This document shows, in pieces, positions 11,401 to 25,149 of a DNA stretch of 64,000 nucleotides; within the stretch, counting starts at the first letter, position 1; each line of letters begins with the position of its first letter. The notes beneath the pieces were generated by a model that was given only the letters and a program-made list of their open reading frames with translations, was not told the origin of the DNA and did no database searches. A program made the position numbers and the translations under genes. Origin of the DNA: the human T2T-CHM13v2.0 reference genome, Homo sapiens; NCBI RefSeq assembly GCF_009914755.1, contig NC_060927.1; one strand, 5' to 3'.

Positions 11401-13372
11401 AAGAAGATCTCTCAAAACCATACAATTACATGGACATTAAAATATCTGCTCACGCAGGACTTTTGGGTAAATAATGAAATTGAGGCAGAAATCAAGAAAT
11501 TTTTCGAAGCTAACAAAAATAAAGATACATTTCAGAATCTCTGGGACACTGCTAAAGCAGTGTAAAGAGTCAAGTTTATAGTGCTAAACACCCATATCAA
11601 AGAGTTTGAATGGTCTCAAATTAACAACTTGACATCACACCTACAGAAACTAGTAAAACAAGAGCAAACCAACCCCAAAGCTAGCAGAAGAAAATAAATA
11701 ACCAAAATCAGAGCTTAACGGAATGAAACAGACACATGAACAACAAAATGAAACAGATCCATGAAAAGATCAGCGAAACCAAAAGTTGGTCCCTTAAAAG
11801 AATAAATAAGATTGAGAGACAACTAGGTAGGCTAATAAAAAATAGAAATAAACATAGTCAGAAATGACAAAGGGAACATTACCACCAACCCCACAAAAAA
11901 TTTTTAAAAACCCTCAGAAACTATAATAAACACTCCTATGCACACAAACTAGAAAACCTAGAGTAAATGGATAAATTCCTGGAAACATACAACCTCCCAA
12001 GGTTGAACAAGGAAGAAACTGAAATCCTGAACAGACCAATAAAAAGTTCCAAGATTAAATCAGTAATAAAAAAACATACCAACCCCAAAGAGCCCTGGAC
12101 CAGATGGGTCCACAGCTGATTGCTACTGATGTATAAAGAAGAGCTGATACCAATCCTACTGAAACTATTCCAAAAAAATTGAGAAGGAAGGACTCCTCCC
12201 TAACTCATTCTAGGAGGCTAGCATTATTCTGATATCAAAATCTGACAGAAACACAATAAAAAAGGAAAACTTCACGCCAATATCTCCAATGAATATAGAT
12301 TTAAAAATCCTCAACAAAATATTAGCAAGTGAAATCCAGCAGCACATCAAAAAAACCAATTCACCACAAATAAGTAGGCTTTATTCCTGGGATGCAAATT
12401 GGTTCAACATATGCAAATCAATAAATGTGATTCATCACATAAACAGAACTAAAAACAAAAACCATGTGATCATCTCAAAAGACAAAAAAGGCTTTCAATA
12501 AAATTCAACATCCTTTCATGTTAAAAACCCTGAACAAGCTAGGCATTGAAGAAACATACCTCAAAATAATAATACTTATCTATGACAAACCCATAGCCAA
12601 CATCATACTGAACAGGCAAAAGTTAGAAGCATTCCTCCTAAGAACCAGAATAAGACAAGATGCCCATTCTCACCAATCCTATTCAACATAGTTCCGGAAG
12701 TTCTAGCCAGAGTAATCAGGCAAGAGAAAAAAATAAAAGGCATCTAAATAGGAAGAGAGGAAATCAAACTATCTCTCTTCACAGATGATATGACTGTACA
12801 CCTAGAAAACCCCATAGTGTCTGCCCAAAGGCTCCTAGAACTGATAAACAACTTCAGCAAAGTTTCAGGATAAAAAAAAAGTACAAAAATCACTAACATT
12901 TCTATATACCAATAATGTCCAAGCTGAGAGCCACATCAAGAATCCAATCCCATTCACAATAGCCACAAAAAGAATAAAATACCTAGGAATACAGCCAACC
13001 AGGGAGGTAAAAGATCTCTACAACAAGAATTATAAAACACTGCTGAAAAAAATCAGAGACAACACAAATGTAAAAACACTGTATGCTCATGGATAAAAAG
13101 AATCAATTTTATTAAAATGGCAATATTACCCAAAGCATTTTACAGATTCAATGTGATTCCTTTCAAACTATCATGACGTTTTTCACTGAATTAGAAAAAA
13201 AAATTGTAAAATTCATATGGAACCAAAAAAGAGCCCAAATAGCCACAGCAATCCTAAGCAAAAAGAACTAAGGCTGAGGCATCACATTACCTGACTTCAA
13301 ACTATACCGCAAGGCTATGGTAACCAAAACATCATGGTATTGGTACAAAAACAGACACATAGACCCATGGAA
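8405..13372 (+). mobile_element. L1 (L1PA13-16/L1P4-like) with 5'UTR, broken ORF1 (~9557) and ORF2 (~10699), 3' end missing
   Basis: gccaagatggc start; ORF1/ORF2 peptides in the ORF track (EN: KGSIQQEDLTILNIYAPN); many stops; ends abruptly with no 3'UTR or poly(A). Confidence 0.92.
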
Positions 13373-13379
13373 TTTGCCT

Positions 13380-13460
13380 TATCTATCCATCTATCTGCCA
13401 CCTATCCACCAGCTAGCTAGCTATCCATCCATCCATCTATACATCAATCTATCAACCTAT
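13380..13460. repeat. (ATCC/ATCT)n simple repeat
   Basis: Direct observation. Confidence 0.85.
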
Positions 13461-13689
13461 TTCTTTGGCAAGGCTATGGAAATGTCATAGAGAAGATGAC
13501 CCTGTAATCATTGCCTTTGCTGCCAATGGTATATTTGGGGTAAACAAGAAAAAATATTTCTTCTGCAATGCTATACCCATTCCAGGTATGGCCCTAGATC
13601 TGTACTATTGTGGTAAACATGTTTTTTGTCCTCTTCCACATAAGTGTATCCATGCTATGGATACACTTGTCCATTGCTCTGATGACTCT

Positions 13690-14160
13690 GGAGAGGACAT
13701 TGCTGGCTGCCCTCTCCCTCCAACATCTATCTCTTTCCATCCATTGTGTAGGCACAGGGTCTGAGTGAGATTGATCTACCAACCCCAATCCTGACACTAG
13801 CCCCAAAAGTCCTACAGCAGATCCTCCTCCTCAACAGAGTAATTGGTTCAATTAGAACAAAATTCAAGACTTTTGATGGTTTGGAAAAGAGAATCTCTCT
13901 TTCTCTGAATGGAATGGTGTATTGATGTGAAGCCCAGGAATGCTCCAACCATTGAACTCTAAGGCAAGCCAGTCTGGGAATGCAACTGACTCAAAATGGC
14001 AGAGCAGAAAGAATGCCAGAGAAATGGAGCCAGAGCCCTGGTCAGAATGTGCCTAAAGACTGCACTCTCTACTGCTAGACATTTTAGTCACGTGAGTCAT
14101 TATTTGTTTTAACCAGTTTGCCTTCTTCTTTTCCATTACAGGTCTTGGGAACTAAATGCA
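13690..14160 (+). mobile_element. LTR16-like ERVL solo LTR
   Basis: gctggctgccc start; cagagaaatggagccagagccctgg...gtgcctaaag...ttttagtcacgtgag...ttttaaccagtttg. Confidence 0.55.
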
Positions 14161-16837
14161 TCATTACCATGCTAGCCCCGAAGAGTTAAGGGTAATTGAG
14201 GAGTGGTAGGTGGAGACAGTTTATTTGGTGAAAATCCTCTTCCTCATTTACTCAGCCAGCATGTCGCCTAGGCTCCAGGAGCTTTCTTTGCTCATTTGTG
14301 ATTAGATCAGCTCATAAGGAACCACTTTTTCTTTCTAAACCTGCCTTCCTCTACTTCCAGAATCTCTCTCACATTTGTGACTCAATCTAAAGGCCTTAAT
14401 CTGGCCATAACTTAGCTGCAGGAACTCTGAGCCATCCACCAAGATCCTTTGTACTCTTAACTTCCGCCAACTGACAGTGCTGAGTGAGGGGGACTGGGAG
14501 CTGCACCTCTTCAGTCACAGGCCTGCAAGCCTCTGAGACAGAGGAAATGCCAACAGATCGAGGAATTGGATTAGAAATGCAATTCCAAAGCAAAAATGGA
14601 ATTGGAGCCGATGGATTGGTGTGTCTATGAAAGAGTTCGGGAAAATCAGTCGCTGCTGACCACAGCAGCCGCAAGGCTCCTGCCCCTAACAGTCTGCTGC
14701 CACCATGTCCATGTCTGTTCAGACTCCCCAGACTACTCCATTCACCTTCCAAAGACAGGGTCCTTTCCTGGTCTCGATTTCTCCACTATCACTTTTCTAT
14801 TGTCACTACATCTAAAGTCCCCATTTCCAGCACCAGAGGTCTCAATTACTCTACCACCACCACCACATTCCATCCTTAGTAATCCAGTGCTTTCTCCTTG
14901 GCCTTCTGCCTTTCCTTGTTCTTCTGCCCTCTCTTGAGTCCTCTTGCCCCACCCCTCTGCCTTTCTAAATTCTACCTGTCCTCCATGACACTGCTTCTGA
15001 GTAGAAAATGTTTCAAAGAAAAGGCATGAGCTTTGAAATCTGGTTGATCTAAGTTTAAATTCTACCTAGGATGATTGTGAGTGATGGAAACAGGCTAAAT
15101 TTGTCTGGATCAAGGATACCAAAATTCAGAATCCACTTCTGCACAGTCACCTGTTCCATTTCCCTTTCCTCCTCTATAGTGTCATGTATGCCAGGAAAAC
15201 ATCCTATGTGTTACCATGAAGGAAACTGTGGCCTCAATTCCACTCTAGCCCCCAGTAAGCTAGGATAAACTACGTAGAGGGCTTCTTTTACCTGAGAGGC
15301 AGCTATAACCAAAGTCATCTATAAGTCTTCCTTTCTAAAGTTCACCTCTTCAAAGAGGAGGAAAGGTAATTCCAAAGAAAAGCACCCAAAACATAAAAGG
15401 AAAGGATTTTGAACACCAAAAACAGAACTCCCCTTTTCCACCTACCACTCAGGCATTTTTTGGTTGAGGCAATTTTGGGGCAAAAGTTGTCTTGAACTTT
15501 GTGTGTAAGCACATAGGACATGAGAAAGGGGGAAAAGAAAGATTAAACTCAATTGGTTCATTGGGCCTTACAGCTTTGGATCAGAAAGACCATTAGCCTC
15601 TTCTGCTTCTTATTTCATCCTTGGCCATTTAAGTCCCTCCTCAAGCTTGTCCCTTAGGAGACCTCAGGACCATCAGAATAACCACTGGCCTTTTGGCATA
15701 TAATCCTTTCAAAGAGTAATACATCATGTTAATTTAACTATGTAAGCAAAATAAATAGCACAAACCTTTCAACCCAGTGATTTTACCACCCAAATCTCCA
15801 AAGGACAAGCCATCTCAGAGTTTACAGGTCTATCTCTATTCTCTGGGAGCTTACCACAGTTTTGTCCTTAATGAATTTGCTCAAATACTTTTGTTAGCAG
15901 TGAGACTCTGCATTCACTGGAATAGAATTTTCCCTGGAAGCTCTTGAATTCTATGGCTTCTACTTATCTATAAGCATTTCTCCACTGCCTTGACTTTAAT
16001 CTATGCAGCATGGCTGTCTCTCCCAACACTATCAGATCACTGTCCTGGCACAAGTTTACTGTTCTGTATTTGCCGTAAAATATGTCTACTGATAATGAAT
16101 ATTTCAAGATTAATAATTTTGCTTGCTTTCCTAAAAATGTTAAGAGCTTTTTGAGGAATCATTTGGCTAACCCAAGTCTGTTAGTAAACATTGCTCAAAG
16201 AAATTTGTGCTGAGGTCTCTTTTTCATTCTGTAAGTTTTGCTCTACAAGCAAAGGCATTCCAATGTCTTTGAAGCTATGGGTGTTTCTCGTAGAGTTTCA
16301 GTGATAAAGGTAGAATCCCTCCCTCTAAAACTATTAGTAAAGTGCTTACTCAGTATTTCATTCCTTCATTTCTTCTTACCTCCTTCCTCAGGTCAGCTGC
16401 TCAGATTCAGATGGAACATAAGCAATAATGTTTTTCCAAGGTTTCTCTTCCTTTTTGTCAGTGGACTCACTTGACATTTTGTTGGCAGCCTTCAGAGCAC
16501 TTCAGGCTTCTCTGCAAGATGTTAAAAGCAATTTAGAGGTACTCAGCACATATAATAAATAAGTTTTCAAAACAATGTCTCTCAAAATTGTCAACAGTAT
16601 CCAGACTGGGTAAAACACTTTTTTCTCTGTTGGTTTTTCCTGGGAGATGTTACCAAATAATTTTAAAGACTATCAAGACTGAGATAGCAGTTCTATGACC
16701 ATAAATCACTGACTTTCTGTGACAAACTTACATTGCCCAAAAAATATGTTCCAGAAATGACAACACACTGGCATCATATTACTTCTTCCAATCTGGCTTT
16801 ATGTCCAGAAGTTCAAAAATTCTTGATCAGAGTAGGT

Positions 16838-17365
16838 GTGGTGGATATCTGTTGCTTTGGCCTCCCATCATCCCTTTGCCATTGTGCTGGTGTCTTATCC
16901 CAGTCTTTCTCTGGGGAACCACCCTGTCTCATATTCAATCCATGTAATCTGAATGAGTTAAAGCCATGCCCAGCTGTAAGGGTAAACATGTAATTTGAGT
17001 CTAAGCCAATCAGCACACCGCATTTTTCTAGCCACAGTGATTGGCTTAAAGATGCTCACATGACCCAATCAGAGTCAGTAAGATATTGCTGAGACTTCTG
17101 GGAGAGAGACAGGTTCTTCATTTCTGGATTTAAACCTTAAGGACAAAGTGTGAGTCTGTTGCCACTATTATGTTACCACATAGAACCTGATACTGCAGCC
17201 GATATAGTAATGATGAGAACTGAGTCTTGAGACTATTTGAATCCTCAGAACCAGTTGCACCTGAAACTATCTATGCTCTTGGATTTTCAGTTAAATGAGC
17301 CAAAAACTCCTTTTCCTCCCTGCTTAAGCAAGTCTTCATTAGGTATTCTTTTATTTCAAAATAAA
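16838..17365 (+). mobile_element. LTR16-like ERVL solo LTR
   Basis: ctctggggaaccaccc, ctaagccaatcag, gccacagtgattgg, catgacccaatcagag, ttttcagttaaatgagccaa. Confidence 0.7.
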
Positions 17366-18639
17366 AAATCATGAACGCCCACCATATACCCTGATTTTGG
17401 TTTGAAAAATATAGTCAGCAAAGGCAAAAGTATAAACTGAATGATGTAATAAAGAACCTCTATTTTTACATTTCTTAAAGTAGCTAACACACCCTGGGCA
17501 CAATCCAGCTTTCCAAGATGGTATGTATGTGTTTGATTGAATAAATAAATACAGATGGAAAGTTAAGAATAATTCATGCCAAGTGTTAGGGAATCCCTGA
17601 GTTTCAAAGCAATACTCATTGGAATTGGAAACTCTAGGGTGGATATGAAACTGTTGATCAATGTTGAATGAGCAGAGCTCACTAAATACTGAGCCACAGA
17701 ATAAAACACCTGTGAGCAAGATAGCTCTCACTGACCAGGCTCTTGGCAAGACCACCTATCTTCCTGAAACAGGGAATAGACAAAGCCTGAGGGAAAGCCC
17801 TTTCTTCCCAGCCCCAACTGCAAATGTACTCCAGGAGGACTGAACAACCAGATTCAGGGCCTCAGAGGGCTCCCACCACAAAGAGGTCTAAAGATGTAGG
17901 CTGAGAGGGCAGTGCAAATTCAGAAAAGAACACCCACAGAGAGCCCAAGGTCCATCACAGCCTCTTCCTGACACTAGTAAGTTAAGCATGCCCACAACTC
18001 TGAAAATCTTTTTAGACAAGGAAGGCTCAGAACTCCAAGATAAAGGGTCCTCACAAGACCTGGAAATAAAATATGAACCAAAACATAAGCAAGAATGGCT
18101 TTAGAAAAGTGCAAATGGTGAAAAATTTTGTTCTCATCCATTGCAGTCTATGATTCCAATCAGCACCTTCCTCCAGAGGGCCAGGTCTTCCATCACTTCA
18201 GTCATAAAGGAAATGGGTTGGAGACTCCTTCCTTGTACAAAGAATTTGGGAATTAGTGTGAGAAAAGGGACACAAAGAATAGAAATCCAAAGAAAAAGAG
18301 GGATGCTCAGAACAAGGCCAGATTTTAACTCAGACTCACAACTTTCAGCTCAAGTGGTGAAATTTACCAGACATTGACAAGGCAACTCTGAAATCTCCCT
18401 CTCTGAACAAAGAATGGAATTCCATTGCTGTAGTTGTATTCTTTTAGCTTCTAACTTACATCATGAAAATACAGATCTCTTTGGAGAGAAAGTATCTTAG
18501 ACTATTGTCAGTCATTTGCTCCTCTGTATAAAAGCTTTGTCACTAGAGAAGGGTATGATAGCTAGACCATAAATACATAAAGAGGGCAAGGAAATGGAAT
18601 GTGACTGAAAGGAAAATGTATTTGGGCAAGTGACACACT

Positions 18640-19090
18640 AGACAGAAGAATACAGACTTTAGGTTTAGAAAGACCTGGATTCAAGTCTGACCCCACCACC
18701 TATTAACTCTTATCTTGGGCTAAGTACATCACTTCTTTGAAACTCAACTACTTTCTCTGTGAAGAGTGAATATTAATAACAATCTCCATGACTCTGATTA
18801 TATTATCCTGTCTGTCTTGTATACCACATATACCTTGTCATTTGCTTGGCTAACTCCTATTCAGGCCATAGGCCACCTCATTTCACCTCCTCAGGAAGAC
18901 TGAAATGGGGAGGTGTTCCTTGTCTGAGTCCCACAGCATCTACCTACATAGAGCAGAATTCGCATCAATTGTAACTCTTATTTTTCTGTACTATGAATTT
19001 ACACTCTGATTGTCTCCAATAAAGCAAGAGGACTTTAAGACTCAGTGTCTGTATTTTATTCATGAGTGCATCCCCAGTGCTTAGAAAACC
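18640..19090. mobile_element. MIR (minus) followed by L2 fragment
   Basis: agacctggattcaagtctgacccc...cttgggctaagt; tcacctcctcaggaag...tccccagtgcttagaa. Confidence 0.6.
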
Positions 19091-19329
19091 TGAAGAGATA
19101 AAGAAGAGGGATCTCACGGGCTCACCTAGGAGATATAGAAACACGGGCTTAGGAGAGCCAGGAAGAAGAAAGTGAACCCTGCAGGAGGCTGTTCTTCTAC
19201 TACAAGAGGAAATAATGCAGACAGGGCTGAGAGAGAGATGGGCAGCTACATCACTTCTATTGTCCCCAAACCAACTTTCTAACCTAGAGCAGAAATCTGA
19301 ATGGAGATAAGATAGGAGTTGTGACACTG

Positions 19330-20346
19330 TTATTAGACAAAGTTGAATTCAAGGTCAAAAGCATTGCATAGGGACAGAAGCAGTCACTTAGTAATGATGA
19401 AGTCTGCAGTCCATGGAGATTATACTGTCATGAACCATTAGGAATCAAATAACAAAGCATCAACATTTGTAATGGAAAATCATAGGAAAATAAAAGAGAA
19501 ACTGACAAAAATATAAAAGTAATAAAAAGATTCAAGTGTACCTGTTTTGGTCTCTGACAGATAAAGTATATGAATATAAATAAGGATATAAAATATGTGA
19601 ATAATTAAAATTATCTCTAGGTTGCTATAATGCATTTATAAAAATTAACATCTTTCAGGAATAAATTCCAAGAAGCTATTATAATACCAACCACATTCTA
19701 AGATGGCAATACAATAAAACAAATAAGTAACAAATGTAGAAACAGAAAAACCAAACACTGGAAAATCAGGAGAAAAACATTTCAATTAACTATTGGGTCA
19801 AAGATAATAGATTTAACTGCAATCGTTAACTATCTTTTAAAAATAACATTACAAATTAGAACTACAAAAACTTCAAAATTGTACCCAGAGGAAAGTTCAT
19901 ATCCTTGGACACATATCTCTAAACACACAAGAATGAAAATAAATAAATATTCATCATCAAAGATTAAAAGAGAAAGAAAAAACAATTTTTCAAAAGTTTG
20001 AGAAAAATATAAACAAAAAATAAATTGGTGGTAAACAAATAGAATTAAATATTTTAAGAGCAGATTCTTCAGAGAAAAAAATTCAATACAGCTAAAATAT
20101 CATTTGTCAGTTTAGTCAAGAATAAAATGTAGAAAGTACAAAATTATAAAATAGGAATGAAAAAAGGAGAAAACACAAATGCAAGGAAATCCAAAGATAT
20201 ACACAAAAGAACACTTCATTCAACAATGTGTTAGGAATTTTGAAGATATGAATGAAATGTGTGATTTTCAAAGGAAAATATAAATTACCCAAACCAAAAA
20301 AAAAAAAAAAAAAATAGGAGAGGGAAAACCATGATAGAAACTAAGT
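19330..20346 (+). mobile_element. Ancient L1ME ORF2 (endonuclease region); resumes at ~23224-23340
   Basis: A-rich degenerate ORF2; continuation cagatgatttcacaaatgaattctagcaaatattcaa after the nested insertion. Confidence 0.7.
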
Positions 20347-20357
20347 AATATGTCAAA

Positions 20358-22892
20358 GAAGACCTGTGGAAAATGGCAAATAGGAGGCAAGACTAACTGT
20401 GGGCTCCGACAGAGCAGCATGTGGAGACCCACATCATGAACTTTTGCTCCAAGACCTACCACAGGAACACACCAGGAAAGCTGAGATAATCCACAGACCC
20501 TTGGAAGGAGGTGGATTGCCACTTCAGACTCCGTGGGACAGCTGAGGAACTACAAAGGACATACTCTCTTGGGAGTTCTATGGCCCTGCCCACCACCTGA
20601 GAAACCTCAATACTTATCTCTAGGTGACCCTAGGGCAAGCTTGTATCCTAGCTATACAACCACAGCTGAGGCCCTCTTGAAAGCACCACCTCCTGGCTGG
20701 AGGCCAACCAACACAAAACCACTGTACTTAACAAAAATAGAACCAAGGACCTTCACACAGTCTACTTTACTCCCCTGCTACCCTTGAATCCCAGATCTTC
20801 CCTCTGACATAGTCTACCCGAACAAGAAGGAACCAGAAAAACAATTCTAGTAATACAACAAAACAAAGTTCTTTAATACCACCAAAAGATCACACTAGCT
20901 CACCAGCAATGGATCCAAACCAAGAAGAAATCTCTGAATTGCCAGAAAAAGAATTCAGAAGGTTAATTATTAAGCTAATCAAGGAGGCAGCAGAGAAAAG
21001 TGAAATCCAACTTAAAGAAATTAAAAAAAAAAAAGGTACCAGATATAAATGGAGAAACTCCAGTGAAATATACAGCATTAATAAAAAACAATCACAACTT
21101 CTGGAAATGAAGAACACACTTACAGAAATGCAAAATGCACTGGAAAGTCTGAGCAATAGAATCAAACATGGAGAAGAAAGAATGTCAGAGCTCAAAGACA
21201 AGCCTTTCAAATTAACCCAATCTGACAAAGACTAAGAAAAAAACATTCTTTTTTTTTTTTAATGAACAAAGCCTCCAAGGAGTTTGGGATCATGTTAAAT
21301 GACCAAATCTAAGAATAACTGGTTTTCCCAAGAAAAGGAGAAATCTAAGTTTGGAAAACATATTTGAGAGAAGAATTGAGGAAAAGTTCCCCAGCCTTGC
21401 TAGAGATCTAGACATCCAAATACAAGAAGCTCAAAGAATGCTTTAAAGCCATAGTTTTATAATTTATAAATATGGCTTTATAATACTATAAAGCTATAGT
21501 TATCAAAACAGCATGGTACTGTATAAAAACAGGCATATAGACCAATGGAACAGAATAGAGAATCCAGAAGTAAAGCTAATTACATACAGGCAACTGATCT
21601 TCGACAAAGTAAACAAAAACAAAGTGGGGAAAGGACACCCTATTCAACAAATGGTGCTGGGATAATTGGCAAGCCACATGTAGAAGAATGAAGGTGAATC
21701 CTCATCTCTCACTTTATACAAAAATCAACTCAAGATGGATCAAAGACTTAAATCTAAGACCTGAAGCCGTAACAATTCTAGAAGACAGCATCAGAAAAAC
21801 CCTTCTAGACACTGGCTTAGGCAAAGACTTCATGACCAAGAACCCAAAAACAAATGCAACAAAAATAAATATAAATAGATTGGATTTAATTAAACTAAAA
21901 AGCTTCTGCACAGCAAAAGAAATAATCAGCACAGTAAAGAGACAACCACAGAGTGGGAGAAAATCTTCACAATCTATACTTCTGACAAAGGACTAATATC
22001 CAGAATCAATAAGGAACTCAAATCAGCAAGAAAAAAATAAAGAATCCCATCAAAAAGTGGGCTAAGGACATGAATAGATGATACTCAAAAGAAGATATAC
22101 AAATGGCTACATATGAAAAAATGCTCAACATCAGTAATGGTCATGGAAATACAAATCAAAACCACAATACGATACCACTTTACTCTTGCAAGAATGGCCA
22201 TAATCAAAAAATTAAAAAAAATATATACAGATGTTGGTATGAATGTGGTGAAAAAGGGAATACTTTTACACCATTGCTGGGAATGTAAACTATAATAGTA
22301 CAACCACTATGGAAAACAGTGTGGAGATTCCTTAAAGAACTAAAAGTAGATCTACCATTTGATCTAGCAATCCCACTCCTGGGTATCTACCCAGAGGAAA
22401 AGAAGGCATTATATGAAAAAGATACTTGCACACGCATGTTTATAGCAGCACAATTTGTAATTGCAAAAATATGGAACCAGCCCAAATACCCATGAATCAA
22501 CAAGTGGATAAAAAAAAATGAGTATGTATACACCATGGAATACTACTCAGCCGTAAAAAGGAATAAAACAACGGCATTTGCAACAATCTGGATGGAATTG
22601 GAGATCATTATTCTAAGTGAAGTAACTCAGGAATGGAAAACCAAACATTGTATGTTCTCATTCATAAGTGGGAGCTAAGCTATAGGACACAAAGGCATAA
22701 GAATGATACAATGGACTTTTGGACCTTGGGGAAAGGGTGTGAGGGGTGTGAGGGATAAAAGACTATGCACTGGGTATGGTGTACACTGCTTTGGTGATGT
22801 GTGCACCAAAGTCTCAGAAATCACCACTAAAGAACTTATTCATGTAACCAAACACCACTGGTTCCCCAAAAACCTATTGAAATAAAAAAAAT
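20358..22892 (+). mobile_element. L1PB element with a large internal deletion (ORF1 joined to the ORF2 3' part at ~21440-21490)
   Basis: L1PB 5' end aaatggcaaataggaggcaagacta; ORF1 MDPNQEEISELPEKEFRR; L1PB1-type 3'UTR ending ccccaaaaacctattgaaataaaaaaa. Confidence 0.9.
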
Positions 22893-23025
22893 TATGAAGT
22901 CAATCAATTAAATACACAGCCTTGAAAACAAATAACCTAACATGTACAAGCCTATGGATTACTTCTACAAATATAATATTGACTGAAATCTGCTTTTAAT
23001 AGTATTTGAAACATTTACATCTTAC

Positions 23026-23177
23026 CATCTTTTCTTTATTATCTATAGAAAGCAGATTGGAGTTTCTAAAAGCGCAGGCCATCAGGCTCTCTTCCCAAGT
23101 TCTTTTTTTCTTACCAATGTAATAACAACTGTTGGAATATGTAATCCACTCCTCTGGACAATGGCCACATTGATATG
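23026..23177 (-). pseudogene. Isolated NKG2/KLRC-family C-type lectin domain exon (L1 3' transduction)
   Basis: 152-bp open exon between tag and gtaag, reading (A)[50 protein letters not shown]; near-identical to the remembered NKG2[35 protein letters not shown]. Confidence 0.92.
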
Positions 23178-24796
23178 CTAAATAAAGATATGAATTCCTA
23201 TCCAGAAAAACAAATATGTCAAACAGCTACCATCTCAACATCTCCCATTCATCCAAACTTCTATAGACAGATGATTTCACAAATGAATTCTAGCAAATAT
23301 TCAAAATGCAGGTAATCCTCATATTACCAAAAAGAAAAAGAAGCTGTCTCGAATTCCTCAAAGTAGACCCAAAGGAAAGAGACAAACTCCTACCGCTATG
23401 ATAAAAGAAGTCACAGGTTCACATCTTAAGAAGAACATATGGAATGGGAAATACTGTCCTGGCCATAACTGAAAAATACAATCTGTCTCACTCTCATACC
23501 CCCAACTACGGTCTCCTCTCACATGTGAGCTGTCATTCAAAGGGCTACAAAATAACTCTTGAATGTTACGAGAACATCATGAAAGATATACCTGACACTG
23601 TCCTGATATCCTGCTGTGTTTACTGTGCTATATCTTTCTGCTAGAAGCTGAAACCAACTGTGGCCTCACAATTGTAGTTAGGTAACTACAGGTATAATTA
23701 TCAGGTTGAGCCTAGGAGCATGACAATGAGCTTTGCACTTCACAAACGTCTTTAAGCTCTTGTTCTACTTTTGAAGAACTCCAAATTGGAAATTGTGAAC
23801 ATACATAATCAGAAAGGTACATACTCAAAGAAAATGCCATAGCCCCACATCAAAAACTTGGTGAGTTGGTGTACAAGTATATATTTTATGTTTAAAAGTT
23901 TAGGGTAAGGGAATTCTATTTCAGTAACAAAAGAGTAACTTCCATCACAAACTCTCCCATAGATAACAATTATAAACTCTGGACAAAATTGGGAAAGAAG
24001 TAATCTAGTAGAAAACATTAAAGAGCAGCGAAAAGCAGGCAGAAATCGGAGGAGCATGATAAAGGGGACATCACTGGATATTGGTTTGTGCAGATTTCCT
24101 CCTGCAGGCATTCCCACATCCATACCATGGGGGTGTAAGTTAAGCAAATATTCACAGTCCTGCAGCCTGAGAACTGAGAGGCTGGAGTTCAGAGTTTCCA
24201 GGGTGGCTGAAAGGTAAGGAAGCTATAAAGGTAAAGCCGCACAATCTGCATGTAAAGCCAACCCAAATCCTCAGGTGATCAATGAAATACACATGCATGG
24301 GAGGAAACTTCAAAAACTGTGGCAAAAAGCAGTAAGTGGAGGACAGAAAAAGCTGAATTCAGCTGTTGCCTACCATAGGAGAGACAGAATGTGGAGTTGA
24401 GTCCAACGAAGAAACTGCCTCCTGATATAAACATCAACACTTTCCAGAAGAAGATAAGAGAACTCAGAGTTTCAATCATGTGTCATCCACAATATCCAAT
24501 ATACAATTATATCTTACTAGACAATGTGAAGAAACAGGAAAATATAAGTTAAAGTCATGAGAAAAAAATCAGTCAATATCAACTGACTCTGAGATAAGTC
24601 AGACATTGGAGCTATTAGGTAAGGACTTTAAAGCAGCTATTATTAATATTTTCAAGCACTTAAAGAAGTATATGGATGTTTAAATAAAAAAATTAATAGA
24701 AAAACGAATGAATAGAGGAGGATCCTCTGCAGAGAAGTGAAAACTATGTAAAATAAACAAATAGAAAAATCAAAAACTAAAAAGTACAATATTTGA

Positions 24797-25149
<353 letters not shown>

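Noticed and set aside
14396-14937. Overlapping 118-aa and 113-aa ORFs in unique DNA
   Set aside because: No recognisable domain, splice structure or other coding support.
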